Shown piece by piece: positions 1 to 10,179 of a stretch of 64,000 nt of DNA. Within the stretch, counting starts at the first letter, position 1. Every line of letters starts with the position of its first letter. The DNA comes from Lama guanicoe (Eukaryota): NCBI GenBank assembly GCA_013239625.1, contig MU053557.1, positions 5,653,842 through 5,717,841 of the forward strand. The letters run 5' to 3'. Position numbers and translations under genes: made by a program. The notes under the pieces were generated by a model, which saw only the letters and a program-made list of their open reading frames with translations, was not told the DNA's origin and made no database searches.

Positions 1-250
1 TAGTGTGGGGGGCTTTGGGCAGCAGGGCCCTGCCGCATCATTAGTCTAGGCTGTTCTGATATGATTTGTTGTGTCCAAGGATGATGGAGAACCAGGTGCC
101 AGAGTCCCCTGGAATGAGGCGCAGAGTGGGAGACAGTGTGGGGAGGGGTGGGTAAGGGAAGGAGAGAGCGGCTAGGGTTGTGGAGCAGGGGAGCAGGGAA
201 GCCGTGGCCATGCAGGGCTGGCTGGGTGCTGGCGTCTGCGTCTGCTGTTC

Positions 251-261
251 TCACAGGATGA
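251..261 (-). CDS. CD74: CD74 last exon, coding part (VIL-stop); the 3' UTR runs off the window start
   Basis: Pyrimidine tract then TGTAG| TC ATC CTG TGA; the nine exons sum to 837 nt = 278 aa + stop, in frame. Confidence 0.93.
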
Positions 262-534
262 CTACAGAGAAAGAAGCAGCAGGTTAGGGTCGGAGTCACC
301 TGAGGTCCCTGTCCCTTCCCGCATCCTGCAGCCGCAGAGCAGTCGAGGACTCTTCACCCTCCACTGCCCCCTGCTTTGGTACAAGTATTGACCACCATAG
401 CCCCTAAAACCCCCAACCCTGGGCCTCATCTGCAAAATGGACGTTGGAGAATGGCCTGGAGTCATCCACCATGAGAGAGGTGGTCCCTCTGGGGATAACC
501 TGCTGGGGACCGGATTCCCTACAGGGGCCCTTAC

Positions 535-597
535 CTTGGCCCAGATCTGGCTTGGTCACGCCCAGCCCAGAGGACAGATCCTCCATTTCCAGTGGGT
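535..597 (-). CDS. CD74: CD74 exon 7
   Basis: TGCAG| acceptor and G|GTAAGG donor; 63 nt; DPLEMEDLSSGLGVTKPDLGQ. Confidence 0.96.
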
Positions 598-1105
598 CTG
601 CAAAGGAGCAGAAAGGCTACTTGTTAGCTAGAGTCCAGCCCACAGCACCCATTGGTGAGGGGCCTGGGAGGGGCTAATTCTTCCCAGCCTCGCCACAGGC
701 CTGGCACCTGGTAGAGCCATTGCGGATGGAAGGATGCTTGTTGGATAACAGCAAGTGCCAATGAAGTATGGCCGGGCAATCGAGTAAGCCAGGCCAAGGA
801 AGGGGTGATGAAATCAGATGGTTGGATCTGGAGGACTCCTGGATGCATGCGTGGATGGGTAAAAGTCACAAAAGGAATGACTGAAGGATCAATGAGTAAG
901 TAGGTTAAGTGTGGACATAAAGAGAAAAATAATAGATGCACAAACAGATGAGAAATGCACAAGTGGGTGGATGCATGGCTGAGTGGCTGTTCCCCAGGAG
1001 TTGCCTGCCGCCTTGAGTATCCTGGCCCCGTGCGTGCCAGGAGGGACCTCCTGCCCCTCAGCCTTCCTGGTCCTTCCTGCTCCTGGCGCAGTGGCCACTG
1101 CTTAC

Positions 1106-1297
1106 CACTGCAGTTATGGTGCCCGCGGCTCCTGGTGTGGGGGACCTCGGTGCCGTTGGGGAAGACGCACCAGCAGTAGCCGATGCTCCCATAGCACTGG
1201 AGCGGCATATAGTTGCCGTTCTCGTCGCACTTGGGCCTGAACGTGCCCGGGTGGATGGCGGGGATGCGGCTGACCTCTTCCTGGCACTTGGTCAGTA
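1106..1297 (-). CDS. CD74: CD74 alternative exon 6b (p41 thyroglobulin type-1 domain)
   Basis: TTCAG| acceptor and G|GTAAGC donor; 192 nt symmetric phase-1 cassette; [64 protein letters not shown] with the CWCV motif. Confidence 0.97.
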
Positions 1298-2331
1298 CTG
1301 AAGCGACAGGCACGATGAACATAGTGAGTCAGTGGGCTCTGGGCCAGAGTCTCAGCCGAACCAGAGATCCACATGCCACTGCTGTCAGTCTAATGCCTCC
1401 TGCCCAAGTGGCTGTACTTCTACCTATTGCACGGATGGGGAAACGGGCCTGGACCGGTAAGGTCCTGGATCAAAGAGGCTATGTGGTTAATTCATCCCAG
1501 AACATGATTTCTTCTGACATTCAATGCCTGTTGGGGTTCAGAATTGCACCTAAGATTCTGATTTCTAGAGAAAAGCAGTGGACACCTTGGTAAGTCTGAG
1601 CTTCCATTACTGGGGGCATATCTAAGTAGAAGTGGGGGTTACCATGTGAGGGAGGTGTTGTAGAGGGGATTCAGACATTAGCTGGGAGTTGGTCAAGAGA
1701 GCATCTACGGTGCCCTCTCTGAATTTACGATGGAGACACTGAGGCCCAGAGTGGAGTGGGCCATTGATCTTCCACTTCTGAAACAGCCCAGAGAGAAGAG
1801 ACTTGCTCAAAGTTGCACAGCAAATTAGCACCAGGATAAGAACACAGCCCCTTTAAGGCTTTAGGGCTGAAAGTCCTGGTGTTGCCCATGATATGGAAGA
1901 ACCCCAAGGCTCTCTGGTCTGGTACCTGCTGGCTGTATGGCCTCAGAGAGGAGCCCTCTGAAAGGTGGGAATCATGGGCCCAGCCCCCTCCCGGGAACCC
2001 ACAGGGGTGCAGTGCTGGATGGGGAAGGTCATTGCCATGACTCTTGGGATGTTTTGGGTGGGTTTTGCTTCAGGTCCCCTTGCACAGTACCATCCTCCAC
2101 AAGGGAGGTTACCTTCTGAAGGGAGGACTCTGTACAGACAGAATGGAGGATGGGGGCTGGGGGCAGCCACGCCTAGAAAAACAGGCAGGAGAGACGAGTA
2201 AGCGCAGAGGGAGGCTGGGAGAGTCCTGTGCTTGGATTGGGGAGTGCTCAAAGCCCTACCCTTTGCAGCTCCAGGGGAGCTTGAGGGAGCGCCCAGAAAC
2301 CCTGCCTCCCCAAAGCCCCCATTCCATGTAC

Positions 2332-2419
2332 CTTTTGTTGGAACTTCAAAGGGCTGCTCCTCCTGTGAGTTCTTGCTCATTTCAAACAAGAGCCAATAAT
2401 GCATCCAGTTCTCAAAGAG
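2332..2419 (-). CDS. CD74: CD74 exon 6
   Basis: ATTAG| acceptor and G|GTACAT donor; 88 nt; LFENWMHYWLLFEMSKNSQEEQPFEVPTK. Confidence 0.97.
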
Positions 2420-2697
2420 CTAATGGGGATAGAGGCAGAGGGTCAGGCTCAACTGCCCTTTCCAACACCACCTGACTTTGCCCCTGAGGACAGAAGCATG
2501 GAGGGCCAGCTTAATGACCCACATGGCTTGGTTGAGGTGGTTTCTAAACTCCAAGCACACTTTCATGTTTGTGGCTTTCGAGGTGCTGGTAAGCTGTCTC
2601 CAACTTGCGGAATGGCTTCCCTGGTCACCCCGCCTCTTCCCAGGCCTGCTCTAGACATCAGGAAAAAGAGGGGACCAGTACACGGAAGCCTGCTGAC

Positions 2698-2793
2698 CTT
2701 CCAGTTCATGCCGTCCATGGTGCTCTTAAGGTGTTTCAGGTTCTCTGGGAGGCTCCCCTTCAGCTGCGGGTACACCTTCAGGGGGTCAGCCTT
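2698..2793 (-). CDS. CD74: CD74 exon 5 (trimerisation domain)
   Basis: TGCAG| acceptor and AAG|GTCAGC donor; 96 nt; [32 protein letters not shown]. Confidence 0.97.
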
Positions 2794-3520
2794 CTGCAGG
2801 GTAGCAAGGCAAGAAGGGAGGTTAAAAAGAATTTCCTGGTCTTCCATTCCGAGAGGTGGACCCAAGCTGTGCTAAGCTTGCAGCCTACACCTCAGCATAT
2901 TGGAGCTGGTGAGGGTGGCAGGTAGTGGTACAGGTAATCTGGCTGCACGGCTCCAAGACCCCAGCGCTGGGAGTCATGAGAACCAGTTCCAGGCCCAATT
3001 CTACCAATAACCCCTGGTTGTCAACACCTAAGCTCCCTAGTCTTCAGGCACGTAGATGAGATCTTTCAGGTCTCATCTCTTCCAGGAGGACTTCCTTCCA
3101 ACCCCCAGCTAGCTCAGGTCCTCGGCCTGTCTTCACAAAGGCCCCTGCACATCCCTCATCACTTGGTCACTTGTCTGTCTCCCGTGCTAGCCTAGGATCT
3201 CCACAGGATTGGGAGCTGGATCTGACTGCTCCCTGTTGTAGTCCCTGAGCCTTGCATGGTGTCTGGCACAGGGTAGATAGGCAGTAAAAATTTTGGAAGG
3301 AAAAAATGAGCTTTGCACCTTGGTTTCTCCACCACAAACACTCAAAAACGCGGGTAGTAGCGGGGCTGAACTTCATGTAACGTTTAAGGGCCACACTTGG
3401 CATTCCTTCGCTAATCTGGTGAGCCCGTATTAAATGTCTGCTGTGAGCCTGGCGTGGTGTAGACCTTGGAGTGCAGCCTCAGCAGGGGCCTGGGGCTTGG
3501 GGGTGCATCACCTCACTCAC

Positions 3521-3583
3521 CAGGAGCAGGTGCATCACGTGGTCCTGTGTCATGTTGCCATACTTGGTGGCATTCTGCATGAG
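3521..3583 (-). CDS. CD74: CD74 exon 4
   Basis: CACAG| acceptor and |GTGAGT donor; 63 nt; [21 protein letters not shown] with N-glycosylation sequons NAT and NMT. Confidence 0.97.
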
Positions 3584-4121
3584 CTGTGGAGGGAAAAAAT
3601 GGAGAGTGTTAGGTTACCAGCACTGGCCCATGGAGAGAGGGGTCCTGGAGCAGAGCTGGCAGCTGGGATCTGGGTGAGAGTCTCGAGTTCCAGATGTTCA
3701 ACAGGCCCATCTCTGACACTTCCAAGTGTGAGAGCTCGAGCAAGTCACTACCTTCCTGCCTCAATGTCCTATTGGTCAAATCTGCATAAGCTTTCCTGCC
3801 CATGGCTTTGTGGACAGAAACATTATCCATATATTTTATCAAGGGCTTTGAGAATAGGAGGGACTGTGAGATGCTCTGGGAAAGAAGAAGCACTTCGTAA
3901 ATTGTGGCGGGCTGGGCCCTCCCAGGGATGGCCCCAAGAGGCTCTTCCCCTGCCCCTGGAATTCCTCTTCCTAAGGTAGGCCCAGTCCTCCCCTAGCAGT
4001 CAGAGACCCCCCTCCCCAGCTGGGCTTTCCCTGGGCCGGCAGTCCTCCCCTATTCCTTGGTATCTGCCCGCCATCCAAGCTGGATAACTCCTCCCCCCTA
4101 CCGCCCTTTGGTTATCCTTAC

Positions 4122-4195
4122 CTGTGGGCCTTGCATGGGCAGAGCCTGCATCAGCATGGGGGTGGCCATCCGCATCTGGCTCAAAGGCTTGGCAG
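4122..4195 (-). CDS. CD74: CD74 exon 3 (CLIP region)
   Basis: TATAG| acceptor and CAG|GTAAGG donor; 74 nt; [25 protein letters not shown]. Confidence 0.97.
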
Positions 4196-4406
4196 CTATA
4201 GGGGCAGGAGATACAGCATGAGTGTGGCCCCAGTGCCTGGGGAAGAGGGTATTCAGATCTGGGGACCAAGATCTCAGACCCAAATGAGGGCCTGGAATTC
4301 CAGACCAGAAGGAGAGGACAGTGGGCCCAGGTGGGTGCAGGAATGGGGGTCTCTGAGGTAAGGGATGTGAGGGTGGGGGATGTCAGGACAGACAGGGGAC
4401 ACGCAC

Positions 4407-4579
4407 GTTTGGGAAGCTTCATGCGCAGGTTCTCCAGCTGCAGGTTCTGTGAGGTGACAGTCAACTTGTCCAGCCGGCCCTGCTGCTGGTACAGGAAGTA
4501 GGCAGTGGTGGCCTGCCCAGCCAGGAGAAGAGCCATCAGGACAGAAAAGCCTGTGTACAGGGCTCCGCGGCTGCACTTG
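4407..4579 (-). CDS. CD74: CD74 exon 2 (transmembrane segment)
   Basis: AACAG| acceptor and |GTGCGT donor; 173 nt; [58 protein letters not shown]; phases fit exons 1 and 3. Confidence 0.98.
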
Positions 4580-5650
4580 CTGTTAGGGGATGGGAGGAGA
4601 TAGGTCAGAGGAGAGTCCAGGGGGGTGGCTGCCTCAAGGACTAGGTGGGAGTCGGGGAATGCATGCCCCATTTCCAGCCCCTGCCCTCATCTACTCCTAA
4701 CAAACACACAAGTGCCTATGAACATGCAGCTTGGAGACATTCTCCCAGCCCCGTACGTCCCACCATTCCTGCTCCTACAGCTCTCCCAGGTAGAAATCCT
4801 GGAGCCGCCCCTGGGCCTAGGCTGCCTAGAGAAGAGCCAGGGACAAGTGCCCTGTCCGTTTGGGGCCTCAGTCCCTCCTGTGCATTGAGGGGTTGAGATG
4901 GAAGGTCTCCCCAGGTTCCCTCTGCCAGGGTGTCTCCTGAGGATCAGGGCTGCTCTCTAGGGGAAGGGGGTTTTCACCCATGCTGCCCACCCAACCCCTG
5001 CAGTGAAATCAGGAAAAGAAAGCAACTAGGACCTGGATGGCGGAGCCTGCAGCACACCTGAAAAAGAGAAGTGAGGCCTTGCCATTTTAGGAGTGGGCTC
5101 GGGGCCTCTGACAATGCCAGGCTGGAGCAGGGCCAGGCACCATCCTCTCTGGGAGCACATCCTCTGTCCCAGACTCTCCCTGTGCCTCTGATCAAGCCTC
5201 GTGCCATTCTCTGGGCCTGTTACATGGGTACCTCTCACCTCAGCAATAATAGAATTTGGTGGTCTTTGCAGTAAGATCTGAATGTGACCACAGAAGTGTT
5301 CTGAATGGTAACGTCCACTCACGAGGAATATCCACCCAGGAGGGGTATCACCAGGAGCAGGGTGTCTGAGCCTGTATGACCTGGAGAATTTCTCTTGCTC
5401 TCTAGACTGGCTGTCTGCACAGGGAGGGGTGGCCCGACCTCAGGGAGCCTTGCAGCTGTTGGCCTCCAATACGGTTTTGAGGGCACAGGTACATGTTACA
5501 GTGTGGGGGATGTAAGGATCCTGTCCCAGGGCCCTGAGAGTTCCTGACCTGTTCTTCCCACCTACCCCAGGGGTAGAACTGTTGGGACCCCACTGGAAAT
5601 TGAGGAAGAGACTGTACCCTGCTTACTCCAGCAACCAGCAAAGAGTTTAG

Positions 5651-5717
5651 GGAACACTGGGGAGAACTTTCTGCCTAGTAACTCATGACACCACAGACAT
5701 GGCTCATTCTCATTGGC
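5651..5717 (+). promoter_or_regulatory. Intronic S-X-Y-like module in CD74 intron 1
   Basis: GGAACACT-N15-CCTAGTAACTCATG-N21-CTCATTGG; spacing close to the MHC-II promoter module. Confidence 0.7.
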
Positions 5718-6414
5718 TCTCTGCTTGCAAGCCCTCTGTGATTTATGGGTCAAGGCTCAGACCACGGGATAATTATTCTGAAAAAAGAAAGCAGAAGCCC
5801 CGTGTGGGGAAAAAGAGGAGACCAGACAGGGGGGAAAAACAAATCCTATTTCTTGGCCGTCCCAAGGAACAGGGGTGGCCTGGCCTCTAAAGGTGGTGAG
5901 ATGTCCACCCAGGCCTGGGTCTTGCCTGGGCTCAAGCTCTACATTCTCTCCCCTTCTGCAACCTCACACCCACTCCAGTCCCAGCTCTGCCTCCCACCAT
6001 CCCTTCTCTGAACCCATTTCTCATAAGGCCTGAGGATCTAGAGTCATACTAAAGATGAGACCACTGGAATCCTGATTCTGCCACTCCCTTAGCCTGGGGA
6101 CCAGAAGCAAGTCACTTAACCTCTCTGAGTGAGAAACTTGAGGTAAGAACATCTACTCAAAAGGTTGTTATGTAAAATAAGATCACAGGGTAAAACTCTT
6201 GGCTCCATACCTAGCACACAGTTAGCACTATAAGTAACCCTGAGCTCTAGTCTCAAGAGAGTTAATAGTTAACTCTAGCATCTGGTTTCCTTCCTCTTTA
6301 TGCATCTTGACTGCCTGTCCCTGGTTCTGGATGAGTGCCAACTCTTTGTCACCCCTCTCTTCACTTCCTCCTTTCAGCTGCCTCCTACTTGCGTAACAAT
6401 TGGCCAAAATCAGG

Positions 6415-6481
6415 AGCCAACCAGAACTAGCAGGAATCATGACACGAATGTTGCCAGGCAGAAGTGTTCATGAAAGGGTCC
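6415..6481 (-). promoter_or_regulatory. Second intronic S-X-Y module in CD74 intron 1
   Basis: Minus strand GGACCCTT-N15-CCTGGCAACATTCG-(TGTCA...)N20-CTGGTTGG; same spacing as HLA-DRA as I recall it. Confidence 0.8.
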
Positions 6482-7930
6482 GAAAACAGGCCCCGCCGGT
6501 TTTAGAAGCAGTAATTGAACTAAGAGAAAAACTAGGCAAGGATTTGACTAGGGGGCACCCTTTCTGTTCACTAAGCCCATGCTGGGTCTGCAACTCACTG
6601 GGTGGGCTGAGCTCAGAGGGGACCACCTCTCCTCCCTGCAAACAGTGCCTCTAGAAGAGTCTCACGTGGTAGAATGAACTCAAACTTTGAAATCAGGCTG
6701 GTCCTGGGTTCAGATTCTGACTCCAGTATTTAGTTGTGATAACTTAGGTAAATCACTAATTATATGAGTCTCAATTTTCTCTTATATAAAAATGGGGATA
6801 TTAAAGGGCCTGACTCTTAGGGTTACTGTGAGTATTAGGATTGAGTTTAGCATTTAGTTATGTGTCTGGCACATAACTAACCACAGTAATTACTAACAGT
6901 GACTAAGGACTGGTGACGGGTATACAGCAAATAAGAACTATTATAACTACTATAATCGTTTTTATTATTACTATTATTACTGAGAACCGGAGAGAAACAG
7001 TGATTTATACAAGTCACATGTGACAGTAGCAAAACCTAGATGAGAATCCAGACCTCACAAGAGAGCCCTCCTAGCCATGGGATTCCCAGGATTTTCACAG
7101 ACCAGGCTCTAATGGTCTCTACCTAGTGACCTGTCCTCCAGAATGCGGTTCCTCATAACATCTCTGAGTGTCTCTCCCAAACCCCTTTCTGCCTGTCAAC
7201 AGCTGACATCATACCTGTTAAGTCCCTGTAATTTACAAATTATTTTGGAGATTGGGGGGATCGGGGACATTGGGGTAGCTACAGTCTAACCAGCCCCCCC
7301 TTTTCCCCAGGGAACCGCATGGATGAGGCCATACCGGGACTGGGGAAAGGTCCTCAGGATGGCTTGCGGGTCCTTCGCTTCAAGGAAGAGGGGCACAAAT
7401 GTAGCCAGAGCCCCCCTTGCCCTTCCTCGACCCCGACTCCAACATCTCTCAATCGCTCCTGTGATAACAGACATTTCCATCTACTTTACAAGGCACCTGC
7501 AATTATAATCCCCTTGATACAAGCATGTATACCCATCCATGGTAGTTAGGAGGAAACTCCTGTGATGAGCTGCTTCTACCATTCTCTTTTAGAAACTCTG
7601 CTGCTCCACCTAGAATCCATAATATTTTCAAAATCTTGTCCAAAATTTCTAACCTAGGGTTCATGGCCCAGCCTCAGGGGCCCTGTGAACACCTGGATAT
7701 TGTGTGAAACTCAAAGGAAAAAGTCCAGAGCGCTCTCCTGATTTTCAGAAGGGAAGCACACGATGCAAAGAAAGTTAAAATCCCTGCCCTAGAGGCGCCC
7801 CCTCATTTCACAAGAGGTAGAACCAAAGCCCAGGGTAGGCGAGAGACTTGCTCAAAATTGCCCAGTTAGTGTTGGAGTCAGAGTCCAAATCTGCACCTCC
7901 TTCCACAGCACCTCTCCTGTTCACACGTAC

Positions 7931-8007
7931 CTCTCTGGGGCTGCAGGGCGCTGGCCCAGTATGGGCAGCTGCTCGTGGTTAGAGATGAGGTCGCGCTGGT
8001 CTTCCAT
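7931..8007 (-). CDS. CD74: CD74 (MHC class II invariant chain) coding exon 1
   Basis: ATG at 8007 (context ACCATGG) gives [25 protein letters not shown], with both leucine-based sorting signals (LI, IL); donor AG|GTACGT at 7931/7930; 77 nt. Confidence 0.97.
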
Positions 8008-8037
8008 GGTTCTGGCTTCTGGTCTTCCCCACGCCTC

Positions 8038-8061
8038 CTGCTGCTGCTGCTGCTGCTGCTG
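8038..8061 (-). repeat. (CAG)8 in the CD74 5' UTR
   Basis: Eight perfect ctg units on the + strand, 30 nt upstream of the CD74 ATG. Confidence 0.95.
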
Positions 8062-8129
8062 CCTGTGTGTCTGGGACCCTGAGTCTCTGGCTCACTTCTT
8101 GAAGTTGAGGCTGAGGAGGATTCTGATTT

Positions 8130-8335
8130 GTCCACAGGAGGCCACTCCGCCCACCTGGTAGAAGTGGAAGTGAAAGCCACAAAGCTGGAAATACCCCCGA
8201 CTCGGGCAAAGCTGCCTTTATGGGGCAGGATAGGGAGGGGGAACTCCCCAGGCAGGTGGAAAGGCCAGCATGCTTCCATTGGCTGCCCAGGGCCCTCATC
8301 ACTTGTTTCTGGGCAGACCTTTGGGTTCATAAGGC
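8130..8335 (-). promoter_or_regulatory. CD74 proximal promoter: GC box, ETS-IRF composite, two kappaB sites, S-X-Y module with inverted Y
   Basis: Minus GGGCGGAG near 8145-8152; + GGAAGTGAAA 8166-8175; minus GGGGTATTTCC 8187-8197; GGGAACTCCC 8239-8248; minus TGAACCC...CCCAGAAACAAGTGATGA...CAGCCAATGG 8276-8329. Confidence 0.8.
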
Positions 8336-8469
8336 TCTTTGGATGTTCCAAGAAACAGGCAAACGTTCAATCCCTAGACAGGAAATCACTTTGAAGCAAA
8401 AAATGCTGAAAATGCTTTGTTTGTCTCTCCTCTCACCCATAGATGAGTGGGCACAGAAAGGGGCTGCTC

Positions 8470-8570
8470 CTTTTTTTATTATTATTTTTATTGAAGTATA
8501 GTTGGTTTACAATGTTGTGTCAATTGCTGGTGTACAGCACAATTCTTCAGTTATATAGAACATACGTATC
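8470..8570 (-). mobile_element. Very short 5'-truncated L1 3' tail
   Basis: T-rich tail then ttgaagtatagttggtttacaatgttgtgtcaatt...gtgtacagca; the same terminus is at 37819-37870 and, reversed, at 47900-47955. Confidence 0.8.
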
Positions 8571-9519
8571 ACTTCTTTGTGAACTTAGACAAATTCCTCT
8601 CCTCTCTGGCCTCAGTTATGTCATCTAAAAAATGGGGGAGGAAAATTGGATTCAGTGTTCCCTCTCCTCTCTTCTAACTCAAGCATTTTTTGAACCTAAG
8701 TCCATGCTTCTAAGGCTCTGGTACTATTATTTGCCACCACTTACCAAGCCCTCCCTTGTACCAGGCATTGTACTAATCATTTTACATGCTTTGTTTCATT
8801 TCATCTTTACAGTGACCCTTTGAGGACTGTTTTATTATCTCCATTTACAGACAGGGACACTGAGGCTTTGAGAGGTTGTGTGCTTGCCCAGGATCACATG
8901 TTGCAGGAATTGGGCTCTTGATGTTAACCTCTCTACCTTTCTGCTTCCTGATGCTCAAATTGTGTCGCTCACATTCATGAGAGTGGGGGTCTCTATGGGG
9001 AGGGAAGGAGGAGGGACTGGGAAAGGGTACCCAGGGGCGATTTAACTGTGTTGGCATGTTTTACTTCTCACTATCTGTGGCTTATAGACCATACTTGTTT
9101 TTATTAGTCTTTATGTCTTTTGTGTGTTTTAAAATTGTCATTGATAATTGTGTTTTAAGTTTAAGTACTCTGTGGCTCTAAGATTCAATGAGTCTTAGAT
9201 TTCAGAAGTCAAGGGAGATAGTATATGTGTTCTGTGGGGAAGGAGAAGAGCTTTCATGCAACTAGACCTGAATTCCAAATCCCAAGTTAGAAACATCCCA
9301 GGTCTAAGACCTGAGCCTGTTTCTCAGCATTTCTAAACTGGTTTTTCCCTTTGTAAAATAAGGACAGTTGTACTAAACTTGCATAGTTGTTATGTTAAAT
9401 AAGCATTTGGCACAGATCCTGGTACCACAGGAGATGCTCAAGAAATGAAACTGTTATTATTCAAATATTTACTAGTAAGATATTTTCTGAATAATCAAGA
9501 CAAATGAAGTCATACAGCC

Positions 9520-10160
9520 GCACAAACTTGGGCTGAAATGTTCATAGCACTGTTGTCTGTGATAGCCGAAAACTTGAAACAATTTAAATGTCCATCAACA
9601 GGTGAGTGGATAAACAAAAATGGAATACTACTCAGCAACAGAAAGGAGTGAACCCACAACCTGGATGAATCTCAAATAATTATGCTGTATAAAAGAAGCC
9701 AGAATTCAGGGGGAGGGTATAGTTCAGTGGTAGTGTATGCTTAGCATGCACAAAATCCTGGGTTCAATCCCTAGAACCTCCATTAAAGAATTATAAATAG
9801 ATAAATAAACCTAATTACCTCCCCCCCCCAACACACACACACAAAGAAGAAGCCAGAACAAAAGAGTATATACTGTACAATTTCATTTAGATAAAATTCT
9901 GGGAAATGCAAACTAACTTGCAGTGACAGAAGGCAAGTGAGAGCTGCCTGAGGATTGAGAGAGTGTGGTACAAGATGGGACAAGAGAAAGGGACGACAGA
10001 GGGGCACAAAGAAACTTTGGATGTTATAGTTATGCTCGTTATCTTGATGTGGGGCTGTTTTCATGACAGATGTGTGTGTCAAAGCTTACAAAATTGTACA
10101 ATTTAAATACGTAAAGTTTATTATATGTCAGTTATACCTCAATAGGACTGTTTAAAAAAT
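9520..10160 (+). mobile_element. Old L1 (L1MB-like) 3' end, interrupted by a SINE
   Basis: aatgttcatagcac...aaatgtccatcaacaggtgagtggataaacaaa...tggatgaatctcaaa...ttatacctcaata. Confidence 0.75.
9705..9846 (+). mobile_element. tRNA-derived SINE (Vic-1-like)
   Basis: Pol III A box tagttcagtgg and B box ggttcaatcc; flanking direct repeat aagaagccagaa at 9693-9704 and 9847-9858. Confidence 0.85.
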
Positions 10161-10179
10161 GGGACTTTTAAAAAAGATT

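Noticed and set aside
624..1322. 232-aa ORF as a standalone gene
   Set aside because: Only 1106-1297 (CD74 exon 6b) is coding; the rest is intron read-through.
4000..4671. 223-aa ORF as a standalone gene
   Set aside because: It is CD74 exon 2 plus flanking intron.
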